Positions 1-15,645 are shown, numbered from the stretch's first letter. The stretch: 64,000 nucleotides of DNA from Eledone cirrhosa (GCA_964016885.1 OZ024746.1:47802001-47866000), one strand, 5' to 3'. The notes: generated by a model from the sequence alone, not told the origin. Numbers and translations are program-made.

Positions 1-886
1 AATTGAACTCTGCCTCCACGACCCTTCCAGGAATAAGCACCTATGAGCTTAGTTGGTCTCGCTTGGGGATCCAGTCGGATGATTTGGAGATATTTGCTTC
101 TGACTCTTGTGCTTGAGGACTCTGCCCCTATGATACTCCCATGAATAAGGGAGTAAAGAAGAAGAAGAATAAGAAGAAGAAGACACAAGTCCAACACATT
201 TGGGGGTGGTTGAACTTAGACTGTAAAGAACTGCAACTAAATGCCGTAAATCCCCTGGTCCGACGCTCTAATAATTTTGCCAATCCACCTCTAGAACAGT
301 CGAGCTAATGGATGTTATGTAACCATTGTACCCGTAGCCTACCTCTGGGTCTCCTGTCGGTTGGTTTTGAAGATAGCGAGTTTCACTTTTACACCTACTT
401 CCCTTCTAATTACCGAATGCTGAAGTTGGCACATTACTACACAAGCTCTTGAAATTCATGCACTTAATTAATCACTCTTGAACATGTCCCGAGATACTTC
501 TACTTCTCCAGCTGCTTCAGTGTAACTCCATTCACGTGTAGAGTGCACTACGTAGGTTTCCATGGGCGGACAAGTGTCTCAGTCTTTGTGACACTGATTT
601 TCATTTCTATCGCGCAACACTCGGAAGTAAACCTATCAAGTGCATGTCTGAATGTCTGAGATTATTTATATATATATATATATATCGATATATGGTTGAC
701 GGCTGAGAGAAAGGAATACTATATAATATTAACTATATATATATATATATATATATATCAAGCCTTAATATCTCTTCGTTGTACAGTGTCGCTTTGTTAT
801 TTTTGTTTATATATATAACAGGCTGAATGAGTTGGGATGTATAACCCAACGAAACTTAAGTTACCCGTATATGTCACTGTTGTAAC

Positions 887-977
<91 letters not shown>

Positions 978-1714
978 TGAGCGACCACGTAGAGGCTCCC
1001 TTATTGGCTCGTGTTCTTAGTGTTCAAGTGTTTATTATATCGGTTGATAGTGCTGTTGATGATGATGCTAATTTATATTGGGATTGGTATTGTCTGGCCG
1101 ATGGTATACAACCACTGGCATGCACCAGTCAGCCAGCTTGTCCTTTCTCATTTGAGATAGTGGGGTGTGATTTTAAGTAAACTTGTCTGCATATTTCTAA
1201 CATGTCAAATAAGCACATTGCGACTATCACCCCCCGTAGTCATTGTTGTTCTTGATATTTTGCTATGTAACATTAACCTTTTTATACCAACCTACTCGAG
1301 ACCTTTTATAGTTATATGATATATAAATGCTGATGTTTTGAATTGTTTATTGTTTTTATTTTGAAACCTTCTGTCACAATTTTATATAAACACTTTATGT
1401 TTGACATATACCATTAAGCCGTCCGTTATCGATCCACTGTGAAATTAAGCTTGAGTTTGCCGTTGTTGGCTTATCTAGCATGATTGCAGCTCTATGTGTT
1501 CTATGCCGCAAAACATTTTGGCTGACGCTATACTGATACTGACAACTGACCGCCCTAAACTCTATCTTAATGAAAAGGTCATTTATTTAACAAAATCCTT
1601 CAAAATGTGTGACTATTTACAAAATTAAGAGAAAACCAGGAGGTATTATTCAATTAAAATATGATCACAGAAAGTTTAAATCATTGTCAACTTGTATTCT
1701 GTTTTCTATCCAAG

Positions 1715-1937
1715 GCATTGGTCTATCAATCTTCGTGATTTCCACCTATGTAGCTTTCTACTACAATACGATTATAGCATGGTCGGTTTATTACCTGTTT
1801 TCATCATTTAACGCCGAAGTACCTTGGCTAAGTTGTAATAACACCTGGAACACTGATAATTGTACGACATTCGAACAACGACGGAACCAATCATTACCAG
1901 CGAATATGTCCACTGCTTCAGCACAAGAATTCTTTGA
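1715..1937 (+). CDS. SLC6A4: SERT-like SLC6 transporter, first exon in window (TM3 + EL2); gene is 5'-truncated by the window edge
   Basis: AAG acceptor, GTAAGT donor at 1938; (G)IGLSIFVISTYVAFYYNTIIAWSVYYLFSSFNAEVPWLSCNNTWNTDNC...SAQEFFE matches SLC6 TM3 YYNTI motif, EL2 Cys pair and N-glycosylation sequons. Confidence 0.93.
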
Positions 1938-2529
1938 GTAAGTATGAATAATTTTCAGGTAATATGAATATTCTTTCACTGGTATGATATTTAAATTCAT
2001 TACTTAAATATATAAAATAACAATTGGCATACTTAAAATACAATACTTGAAAAATAGTCGAGTAATCCAAAGACACCAAGTAACCATTATGTTGACCCAT
2101 TCCAACTGTTGATTTTGTTTCATTGATTACCGTTGATGTCATTTAACCCTAGGTTATTCCTAATCTAGGAAAAGTATGATCAAGGGGCCTATCCCGCCTT
2201 ATTATCAATTATATATTTAACATTTCTGAGGCGATCAGAGTATGATTTGAGGGAGATTTGACTCCTATATCACTTCATAGTGTGTATAGAATTTGAGCGA
2301 AAATATATTTTTCTTGAAACAAAGTTTCAGTTTCTCAACCAATGATCACTAGTCTCCTAGAATATTTTACAATCAAAAGTTTTTCGAATCTAATATCCCC
2401 ATTGATGAAAAAATTGATCTTTATATATGTTTGGTTGAGGAAACCGGAGAGTGTGATATATTACATCGCTGATTCAGCAGCCTAGAGTTCCCATACTTGA
2501 AGCGCTAATCAAACTTAATAAATGCTTTA

Positions 2530-2714
<185 letters not shown>

Positions 2715-2716
2715 TG

Positions 2717-2749
<33 letters not shown>

Positions 2750-2751
<2 letters not shown>

Positions 2752-2845
2752 ACTAAAAAGTCACACTCGTTCAGCGCATCGGTAGGGGTTCTCCTACATG
2801 AATATAAAGTAGTGGCCGTACTCGAAAACGAGTTGGCAGCCACCA

Positions 2846-2876
<31 letters not shown>

Positions 2877-3011
2877 GTATATGTGTATGTATGTGTATAT
2901 ATATATATGTATATATGTATGTGTATGTATATATATGTATGTATGTATGTGTATATATGTATATGTGTGTATGTATGTGTATGTGTATGTATGTATGTAT
3001 GTATGTATATG

Positions 3012-3042
<31 letters not shown>

Positions 3043-3725
3043 GTATATATATATATATATGTATATATGTGTGTATGTATGTATGTATATATGTATGTGT
3101 ATATATGTGTATATATGTCAAGTCACCAGTTGGTGCTACTGGTAACATGTATCCCAGTACAACCTGTTTCATGGTCGGGTCGTTGACGACTAAACTGGCA
3201 ACCCCACCAAGGTTTCTTGGTGAGGAGGGTGACTTTGGACATCCTGCAGGACTAAAAACAAAACCTGTCAAAGGGCAAAGGAGCTATTAAGAGTCAATGG
3301 CCATCCAAAATCACCGGGAGAGATGACCCCTTAGCCTTTGTCAAGGCAGAATTCTAGGAGAAGGAAAACTCTGATATAATACCTGCAACCCTGATGGTAT
3401 CCAATGATGTTGACTTGTTCTTCTTTTTGGTAAATATCATCTTGGTTAAGAGAGTGGGACTGGCTTTGTGCAGTGCCTTTGCTCACTATAAAAGCTTCAC
3501 GGCACAGGCATTGCTTTATATCTGGAGATCTCTCTGCACTTGTCGTCACATGGTACCAAAGGCAAAGCACTATGTGTCAATAATTGTCACAAGTGTAGTG
3601 TTTGTACCAGAGTTTTCAAGTCGCTGGCTGGACTAAAAAGTCACACTCGTTCAGCGCATCGGTAGGGGTTCTCCTACATGAATATAAAGTAGTGGCCGTA
3701 CTCGAAAACGAGTTGGCAGCCACCA

Positions 3726-3761
<36 letters not shown>

Positions 3762-3879
3762 TGTATGTGTATGTGTGTATATATGTATGTATGTGTATAT
3801 ATATATATGTATATGTGTATGTGTATGTATATATATGTATGTATGTATGTGTATATATGTATATGTGTGTATGTATGTG

Positions 3880-3911
<32 letters not shown>

Positions 3912-4610
3912 TATGTATATGTATGTATTTATGTATGTGTATATATATATATATGTATATGTGTATGTATGTATGTATATATGTATGTGTATATATGTGT
4001 ATATATGTCAAGTCACCAGTTGGTGCTACTGGTAACATGTATCCCAGTACAACCTGTTTCATGGTCGGGTCGTTGGCGACTAAACTGGCAACCCCACCAA
4101 GGTTTCTTGGTGAGGAGGGTGACTTTGGACATCCTGCAGGACTAAAAACAAAACCTGTCAAAGGGCAAAGGAGCTATTAAGAGTCAATGGCCATCCAAAA
4201 TCACCGGGAGAGATGACCCCTTAGCCTTTGTCAAGGCAGAATTCTAGGAGAAGGAAAACTCTGATATAATACCTGCAACCCTGATGGTATCCAATGATGT
4301 TGACTTGTTCTTCTTTTTGGTAAATATCATCTTGGTTAAGAGAGTGGGACTGGCTTTGTGCAGTGCCTTTGCTCACTATAAAAGCTTCACGGCACAGGCA
4401 TTGCTTTATATCTGGAGATCTCTCTGCACTTGTCGTCATATGGTACCATGGGCCCAGCACTATGTGTCAATAATTGTCACAGGTGTAGTGTTTGTACCAG
4501 AGTTTTCAAGTCGCTGGCTGGACTAAAAAGTCACTCGTTCAGCGCATCGGTAGGGGTTCTCCTACATGGATATAAAGTAGTGGCCGTACTCGAAAACAAG
4601 TTGGCAGCCA

Positions 4611-4614
<4 letters not shown>
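2750..4614. repeat. Tandem duplication, about 2.1 copies of an 880-890 bp unit containing a (TA/TG) microsatellite
   Basis: GGACTAAAAAGTCAC.. restarts at 2750, 3630 and 4520; near-identical paired ORFs in the track. Confidence 0.92.
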
Positions 4615-4642
<28 letters not shown>

Positions 4643-4646
<4 letters not shown>

Positions 4647-4810
4647 ATAATAATAAATTTGAAGACTAAAATCCAAAGAGAGCTCGATAAGGATAAATAT
4701 ATATCAAATATATAAGAACCGTAGAGCAAATATTTATTAAAATAACAGATTAAAGTTTAAGCAAAGAATCGCTGCTTTCACACTTAACGGGATCTTCTGA
4801 AACTAACAAA
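4643..4810 (-). mobile_element. Penelope-type terminal repeat family with variant-core hammerhead-like motif (other copies near 27331, 28500, 28770, 38092, 38647)
   Basis: AGTAATAATAATAAA(T/A)TTGAAGACTAAAATCCAAAGAG.. recurs next to (TA)n; minus strand 4804-4754 reads AGTTT CAGAAGA stemII GAAA GCAG..TTGC TT AAACT. Confidence 0.6.
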
Positions 4811-5862
4811 GTCAATCTGTAAACGCAGAACTGGATATTTCAAAAAACGTTGCAACCGGAGGAAGACAGGAAGACGATACTTTGGTTCGTGGAAACGTTC
4901 GCTGGCGAAGAATGGGAAAAAAAACGAATATAATACGTCATTAATAGGAGCGGTGAAAAACAATTACGTGCAAAGACAGAACCACGTTTATGGTATAAAA
5001 GAGGTCGTAGACTAATGTTCTCTTTGGTGGTGCATAGAGACGTTCTCTGGCAATGAACGAAAAAAACGAAGATAATACGTCATATGAGGAGCGTGGAGAA
5101 GAATAGCACGCAAAGACAAAACCACGTAAATGGTATAGCAGAAGTCGTAGACTAAAATTCTAAATAGGAGACCGAATGAATCTCCGCTACAGAGTTAAGA
5201 ACAAAGTAAATAAATACAATACAGAAGTAATAGAAATAAATAAATACATGCACGCAAACAAATACGTACGTACACAAGCATACGCAAAAACTTACTATAG
5301 GTATACAAAACCACGCACATATAAATATGTGTGTGTGTGTATGCGTGTATACAAATAAATAAATAATTATATAAACGTATATAAATAAATAAATACTTAT
5401 ATAACAAGCGCACACACATACCTACATGTAAATACACGAATATTCGGAGACGTAAGTCAACCAAAACATGAAGTACACAATACACACACCCTACATACGT
5501 ACGAACCTGCATACTCACACAGACGCAAAACTCCTGTATACACATAGCCAAACCATATGTACCAGAATATATAAAATTATACGCCATAACAATCAAATAT
5601 ACGTACGAGAAGGTATACGTACCTTCACAAAACATACGGGTAATATATACTTACCTATGCAAATAAGTAAAGGTATAAACAAAACATATACTTAGCTCCC
5701 ACATCAAGACGTAAAATATCCACGTATAGATCGTACTATCCGTTAGGGTATAACGTGGGGCTGTAATACAGGAAAGTTTTGTGCAATTTATGTTTACAAG
5801 CCGAAATTGCCTCAGATGTTTTGTTTAAGATGTGGTCTGTGGCGTAGAGTATTTCCAGGGCC

Positions 5863-5951
5863 TACGCTCTGCTCACATATAATGACTGCTCATTCACTTA
5901 AGGTTTGAACATTTTAAGTACACTGATATTCTAAATTGCATATCAATAAAT

Positions 5952-6047
<96 letters not shown>

Positions 6048-6136
6048 ATTTATTGATATGCAATTTAGAATATCAGTGTACTTAAAATGTTCAAACCTTA
6101 AGTGAATGAGCAGTCATTATATGTGAGCAGAGCGTA
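5863..6136. repeat. Near-perfect inverted repeat (about 100-bp arms) centred on (TA)n
   Basis: TACGCTCTGCTCACATAT..TCAATAAATACACAC is the reverse complement of GTGTGTATTTATTGA..ATATGTGAGCAGAGCGTA. Confidence 0.9.
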
Positions 6137-6565
6137 AGACTTATTTTATATATATACACATATATTTCTACATCTTTGAATATATTTTAGAAGTTTTGTT
6201 AGCACCACTAAATTAATAAGTAAATAAATATTTCAATATCATATCACGTGTCACCAGTCACGTGTCTTGTCGTGTACAGAGTTGTCAGATCAAAAATATT
6301 CTTCACAACTAAATATTTTTGAAAATTGATTACATTCGTCTTCGTTTCGTGACGCACATTGGGTGATTATCGGTGACACACTAAAGCGTCACGACTCATA
6401 ATCACGAAATATTTGACCTAGATGTTTATTCAATGATCAGGCTGTTCGGTTGATTGAACAAATGGAATTCTGTGACCATATGTAGTGCTTTTGAGCGGCC
6501 ATCCGGCCGTATAGAAATAGTAGGTAAATGTTTTTGAAATCACAGTCTTAAAAAAAGAGAAAGTG

Positions 6566-6900
6566 AAGGCACATGGCTTAACGGTTATAATGTTGGGCTC
6601 ACAATCATGAGGTTATGAGTTCGATTCCTGGACCTGGCGCTGAGTTGTGTCCTTGCGCAGGATATTTTATTTCACATTACTCTAGTTCACTCTGCTGGAA
6701 AAAAATGAGTTATGACGTCGCTGGTACCAATATGTATTGGCCTTCGCCTTTCTATTGGACAACATTTGTAGCATAGAGTGGGGGAGTCTAATATACATGA
6801 GCGACTGCAGGTCTTTTCATAAAACACATCTTATCTGGAATTGTGCCTCGGAGGCGGGAATCTTGGTGCAAGCCCATGGTCATTCTTGATCGAAGGAGGC
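6566..6900 (+). mobile_element. tRNA-derived SINE, second family (related copies about 7894-7950 and 9125-9440)
   Basis: A-box TGGCTTAACGG, B-box GAGTTCGATTCC, then TGTGTCCTTG-type central domain. Confidence 0.6.
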
Positions 6901-7664
6901 TAACAACGATAAAGGAGGGCATATTGGATATTCTAGCTAATAATGATGTTTCTACTTTTGGCACAAGACCAGCAGTTACTCCAGTGTATTACTGGTGCTT
7001 TTATTTACATCGACCCCGTAAGGATGAAAGGCAAAGCTAACTTCCGCGAGATTTGAACTCAGAACGTAAAGGGACATAACTCTATGCTGAAAAGCATGGT
7101 GTCTGACGCTCTATCTCGATACTGCCAATCCTAATAATATATACAAAGTAACGTAATAGACACTGGTAAAGATACCTTTAATCAGTAGTCTACTTGACCT
7201 GAGTTGATCTTCAGTTAAACACCAACTGCAACAGTAGCTCTAATACTAATTCAGCAAATGATATGGATCAACCATTTCTTCTTATACCTGTGTGTACGTG
7301 CATATGTGTGTATGTCTGCGCATGTGTGTAAGTGCATGTGTGTGTTCATTTGTGTATGTGTGCATGTGTGTGTGCGCATGTTTGTGTGCCTTTGTGTGTG
7401 TATGTGTGTATGTGTGTGCGTATATGAGTACGTATGTGTGTGTGTGTGTGCATGTGTGTTTGTATGTGTGTGCATTTGTGTGTGTATGTGTGCATTTATG
7501 TATGTATTTGTGTGTATTTGTGTGTGTATGTGTGTGCCTATATGTCGTGTATGTGTGTGTGTATGTGTGCGTGTGTGTAAGATAAAAAAAAGACTTTATG
7601 GATATCTATATCTTCCGTATTGCCATAAAAACACTTTCATTTTATATGTAATTGTTCATTACAG

Positions 7665-7803
7665 ATATAATATTCTGGAACTACAGTATTCTAAAGGTAT
7701 CGACGATGTTGGTGGAGTGAAGTGGAAGATGTGTTTATGTCTGGTGGGAGTTTTTAGTATTGTCTACTTTAGTTTATGGAAAGGAATCAAAAGCTCTGGC
7801 AAA
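7665..7803 (+). CDS. SLC6A4: SERT-like exon 2 in window (EL2 end, TM4)
   Basis: CAG acceptor, GTAAGT donor, phase matches previous exon; [46 protein letters not shown]. Confidence 0.95.
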
Positions 7804-10800
7804 GTAAGTATTTTTCTTACGTTTTCTTACATATATATATATATTAATTACTTCTCACTGTACCAATAAGTATCTTTTATCTAATACATTGTGAAGGCGT
7901 GTGGCTCAGTGGTTAGGGTATTCAGATCACAAGGTCGTGAGTTCGATTATGTCAATCCATCGTTATTTCAAATTCGAGTAAAAGGCCAACAGATTTAGGG
8001 GAGGGGTAAGTTGATTAAACCAACACCTGTATTTTATCGAACTCAGAAGGATGAAAAATAAAGTTGACCTCTGCATGTTTTGAATAGAAAACGTAAAGTG
8101 CCAGAATATATGACGCAAAGCATTTCTTCCGACGCTCTCACGATTCCACAATATAAAAAAAAAATGTTTCGTTTCTGTAGATGAAATTAATAGTTTCTAC
8201 TTTTGGCGTAAGGCCAACATTTACCCCAGTTCATTACTGGTGCTTTATTTTATCGACCCCGTAACGATGACATGCAAAGGTAACTTCGGCAGGATTTGAA
8301 CTTAGATCCTCTACCGATACTGACAATCCACCGAAATTAATAGCCAGAAAAAATGTATAACTATGAAGTAATAATGGTTTCTTATATAGGCACAAGGCCA
8401 GCAATTTTCGGGGGAGGGGGGGGGGGGGCAGTCGATTAAATCGACCCCTGTGCGTGACTGGTACTTTATTTTATCGACCCCGTAAGGATGAAAGGCAAAG
8501 TTAACCTTGGGGGAATGTGATCTCAGAACGCAAAGGGCCCTAAAGCATGGTGTCCGACCCTCTACCGATACTGCCAATCCACCCTAATAATGATAGTCAA
8601 ATGTGACATACCCTTGGAGATATCAAATAACGTTTAAAGTTGTTTTTTTTGTGTTGTTTTATTGTTGGTGTTTCAGTTGGCATGCAACTGTAATTTAAAG
8701 GTAAGTTACTTCTTTTGGTGAACCAATCTGATAAGCCGGCTTTCATTTCCGGTTATAGCTACTTCACTTCCTTGAATTTAGTAATGTCCTTGGGAAAGTT
8801 ATAAATGATAAAATATCCAATTTTCTCTCATCTAAACATATAAAGCTTCATATCGACGTCAGTAAACTATATAACTTATAGTAACATCAGTGCTAGTATA
8901 CTTGATATGTTACGCCATTTAGTTTTTATTAATTGAAATTAAAACATTAATGGCGGGAATAAATCATTATCTAAAACACTAACTCGGGTTTAAAATGGTA
9001 GGAGAGACAATAAAAAAAATTTAATTAAAAAAATTAAATGTAGAATTTAGTTGGGAGTGAATTTGATCTCTCGAAGTATAGTGACTACTGCAGACATGTT
9101 TATGTATAATTTACAACTGACTAAGAAGGTACGTGACTCAGTGGTTAGGGTATTCCGCTCACGGTCGATAGGTTGATTCCCCATGGCGCGTTCTGTCCTT
9201 GAGCAAGATAATTTATTTCCCGTTGCTCCAGTCCATCCAGCTACCAAAAATGAGTTGTACCTGTAATTTGGAGGGCCAGACTTGTGATATTCTGTGTCAA
9301 GCTGAATCTGAGAACTACGGTAAGGGTACGTGTGTCCATGGAATACTCAGCCACTTACATGGTAATTTCATGAACAGGATGTTTCGTTGATCGTATCAAC
9401 TGGAATACTCATCGTCGAAACCGACAGTGTGCCAGTAAGAATGAATTTGAAATAAGGTTTCATGTGAAGCTCCATGCTGAATGAGATTACGTTATTAAAT
9501 TACACTGCTTTTGATTCTCTATACAAATTCATGTCATTGACTCTGCATTTACTTTCATAATTATATATGTCGGTAAGAAAATATACCAAATATTGTTAAT
9601 ATAGTTGAATCTTATACCGCTTTCCGGTAACCATTGATCTTGTGTTTATTATGAAAAAGAACATGTATGCATTTGTGATTGAAACATCGCTATACTGGTC
9701 TTCTTGTCTTTTTCCGGTCGCTATCAGGTCTACGAACGTCCTCTGGTTACGTCCTGGACAAGCGTTTAATGGTTGCTGTTCTTTTAAATTTTTCTTGGGG
9801 AATACAAAGGTGGTTGTAAGCAAGGTCGTCCTACTTACCTCTAGATTGAGTGTGTAAACAACTGGTACAGCCGCAAACTGTTTTATCCAACGCCAATCAT
9901 CCACATCAACTGGTACTATATTTATCGACCCCAGAAGGATAAAAGGCAATGGTAACCTCGGTAGGATTTGGAATCAGAAATCAAAGAGGCGGAATAGATA
10001 CAGTAATTCATTTTGACTAAGGCTTTAACAATTCCACTTAACCTATCGCCCTAAAGTGGTACATAATTTCATCAAACCCCAAAGCATAAAAATAAAAGTT
10101 GAATTCGGCAGGGTTTGAACTCAGAACATAGAGAACCGAAAGAAATACCGCAAGACATTTTATCAAATGTCTCAGCATTCTCTCAATTCGACTGTTTGGC
10201 TCAGGTCATACAAACCTAACTGTATGAACTTTATTAAATTAATTTTACGCATATAGATCATCACTGGTTTACTGGCACTCTAATTTGTGTTTGTGTGTGT
10301 GAGAGCTTGATTTGTTGCTCATATCAAAATATATCTCCATGCACGTTAGCGGACTTCCTTCTCATTACTAGTAAACCGGAAAATATCATCAAAACCCAGA
10401 AGTCACAGAATTGCTGTGGAATTTCCTCTGAAAGTACTTTACTAATTGTACGTGGGAAATTTATCAAAATATTTCTAAATGCTGATTATGTGGTTTTATC
10501 GTTCTTGGTCCTGAGTACCAAATGTTACGACAGTTGTTCAGTTGTCTGATATTGTTGTTATTGTGGTATATTACATTGTCTTGGTAGAGTATACCTATGA
10601 ATAAAGACATGCTAGCCGTGACCATTACCTTTTTATTGAACACAGTTATTCTAGGGAAAAAATCCTGTGTTTTTATTTTAAGCAGTTAGGGTGTGATTTA
10701 AGAAAATAATTAGCTGTTATTTCGATAGGCCGTACGAGGCTACCTGGCTGACTCGTTTCTCTTCAAGTTGATAGTACTTGTAGTCATATGTTACTCTGTT

Positions 10801-11047
10801 ATTTGACATAATTAGGTAATAAAATAAAACCTAGACCTATTGTCTCTCTACCCCCACCCTTCTATCGCCACCACAATGGTTTCTGGTCTTCAGAGCTAGC
10901 TGGTCTTAAGCCACTTTCATTAAGGTCCTCCACACTAACCTGTCTCTCTTCACTTCAATACTCATGCCTGGTGCATCCTCCGCAGAACATCAACTCTCTG
11001 GAACTCAATTTCTTCCCTAAACAGTGTAAATGGAACATTAATGACAT

Positions 11048-12386
<1,339 letters not shown>

Positions 12387-12580
12387 AACGAAGGAAATGT
12401 GGTGAGGAACCAGGTGGACCATAACGCACCAAAGTACTCAATACTTATGGTAGTAGAGTGGGTAATAGGAACAAGTAAGACCCCGACGGCTGAGCTCAAG
12501 CCGCTTCGACGGCTAATTCTGTACAGAATTAGCCGTCGAAACGGCTTGAGCTCAGCCGTCGGGGTCTTACTTGTTCCTAT
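12387..12580 (-). mobile_element. Fold-back element family A: 116-nt hairpin (12465-12580) plus one-sided tail, in (TA)n
   Basis: ATAGGAACAAGTAAGACCCCGACGGC..GCCGTCGGGGTCTTACTTGTTCCTAT; homologues at 30491-30595, 49377-49669, 61927-62110. Confidence 0.85.
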
Positions 12581-12590
12581 ATATATATAT

Positions 12591-12707
<117 letters not shown>

Positions 12708-13390
12708 TATATGTATATATATATATATGTAGATGTATATATATATATATATAAATATTAATACAATAACAGAGATAGTTTAAAGCTAATCTCTGACTGG
12801 TAACCATCTCACTCAACAAACATTAGGTTATATTTTAATATAAACCCAATTTAAGTGTTTGGGGTGCTAACAATATGTATTATGTGGAAAAGCCAGTTGT
12901 ATTATTTTATGAGATATAATTAAAGTTAAAATATATCTCTCATTCCAAACAATTGTTTCATTATAAGTTTTCTACAAATTCGGAGAATATTTCCAGTTTA
13001 TGCAGAAGCCTAATATACATTCATGTAAGAATATATTTAGGTGGGCGTTTATAAATCATCAGTGGAAGCCCATTAAACTTTGATATAAGAAAAACATTTC
13101 TTACCACAGTTAAAAATCGTGTCTGTTAAGTTGCTCCTTCCCGCATCGAATGACCGGCAAATTTGAAATTTCAGCAGTTTTTGACTGAGGAAGTATTATA
13201 GCGTCACTAAGCGGGAAGGGGAGAGAACTACGATCCACGAAAGGAGGAAAAAAATAATATACACGCGGGTTAATCAGTTTTTTCGAAAACATTATCAATC
13301 CAACGTGTTAAGAACTCAATCTTCAGGTTCATAATGTGTGGTGACAGTCAAGTTTGCAATTTTCAACTGTGAAAATCACAGTTGAAAATT

Positions 13391-13555
<165 letters not shown>

Positions 13556-13568
13556 GTAGATGTATATA

Positions 13569-13651
<83 letters not shown>

Positions 13652-13660
13652 ATATATGTA

Positions 13661-13724
<64 letters not shown>

Positions 13725-13741
13725 TATATATTTATATATAT

Positions 13742-13791
<50 letters not shown>

Positions 13792-13805
13792 ATATATGTA
13801 GATGT

Positions 13806-13837
<32 letters not shown>

Positions 13838-13845
13838 GTAGATGT

Positions 13846-13877
<32 letters not shown>

Positions 13878-13880
13878 GTA

Positions 13881-13996
<116 letters not shown>

Positions 13997-14026
13997 GATG
14001 TATATATATATATATATATATATATA

Positions 14027-15642
14027 ATGTAGGAGGTGAGTTTTATTGTAGTACAATAAAGCAATGCAGATATCGGAAATACAAACTTAAAAGAACTAAC
14101 ACTGCTCTCTCAGAACTCATATGGTCCTTAAAAGACAAAAACATTAAATATAACATCTTTTGGAAAAAGATTTATTCTGCATCCTCGTACTTGAACAGCT
14201 CTCTATCTAAAATCTGTAATCTCTGCCTAAATGAAAAATTTACCATTATCTCTAACCTAGAATCCATAATAAATAGACGCTCGGATTTGTTTTCCATCTG
14301 CCTGCATAAATTCCATAGAACTTTTCACAAAGTATACAGTTAATATTCAATTCTTTATCAATTTAGAATCTTTTCTCAAAGGCACATATACATACACCTC
14401 TTTAAAATATACCCATCTACCTTACTTTAAAGGGCATTATACACTCTATAATACTCGTTTACTCATTACCCTCATCCTATCTTCTCGTAAAACAATAACA
14501 TTTGTTTTTGACATTTTGAATATTCATCCGCAATCATTATTATTTTTTTCCCTCTATCATAAATCTTTTTAATCTCAATTTCATCCTTAATTTATTATTA
14601 TATATATTTTTTTTAATATATACTCATATATTCTTTAAAATATACCCATCTACCTTACTTTAAAGGGCATTATACACTCTATAATACCCGTTTACTCATC
14701 ACCCTCATTCTATCTCCTCGTAAAACAATAACATTTGTTTTTGACATTTTGAGTATTCATCCGCAATCATTATTATTTTTTCTCTCTATCATAAATCTTT
14801 TTAATCTCAATTTCATCCTTAATTTATTATTATTTTTTTCTCCCCATCAACGAACTCATTATTAATACATATGAATTCAATATACAAACTTTAACTTCAC
14901 ATTATTTTTCTCAAATCCTTCTACACATAAACTTTTTCTCTTTGCTAATTTTAAAATTCCTACATTTCTTCTTTTGACGTTAGAATATTCACCCACAATT
15001 ATTATTTTTTTCTCTCTATCTCCATACATAATTTCCCTTCGTTAATTTTCAAATTCCTTTAATTTATACATTATCTTCCAACGGTTCCCAACCTCTCTAT
15101 ATTAAAACATTATATCTTTTTCTCAGTTATAAAAACTATCTCTTTCTCTCTATCACCCATCTCTCCCTTTCCACCTTCACTCTCATCTCCTCCCCTTTTT
15201 TTCATCCTTTCCCCCCCCCCCTCCCTAAATATAATATATTTTTTCCTCGCACATATCCTCCCTTCGTTAATTTTCAAAATTTTTAATTTATACAGTATCT
15301 TCCAACGGTTTTCAACCCCTCTATATAAAATATATCTCCTCTCAGTTATAAAAACTATCTCTTTCTCTCTATCACCCATCTCTCCCTCTCATCTCCTTCC
15401 CTTTTCATCCTTTTCTCTCCCCCCCTCTCTAAATAAAATATTTTTCCCAATATCACACATCAATCTAAAACCACTTTTCATATGTTGATTTAAAACTGCA
15501 CTATCAACAAGTGTTTTTTTAGCCTTCATATCATGTTCTCCTGTTTTATCTGATGAAAACACAAATATTATTGTTTGATGATGTTTGTTTTTGAAATGCG
15601 CATAATAAAATATATTGAACTCCTTTAACCATCTTTTGATCT

Positions 15643-15645
<3 letters not shown>
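14027..15645 (+). mobile_element. 5'-truncated Penelope-like retroelement: endonuclease C-terminus, repetitive 3' UTR, terminal hammerhead
   Basis: [35 protein letters not shown] resembles PLE GIY-YIG C-termini; about 230-bp tandem duplication (14401/14633); hammerhead at the end; (TA)n on both sides. Confidence 0.8.
15542..15612 (+). ncRNA. Type I minimal hammerhead ribozyme
   Basis: Stem I TGTTTTAT/ATAAAATA, CTGATGA, 14-bp stem II with G-U pairs, GAAA, palindromic ATGCGCAT stem III, predicted cut after A15604. Confidence 0.8.

Noticed and set aside
6566-6630. tRNA gene
   Set aside because: A and B boxes present but continue into a SINE body with no full cloverleaf
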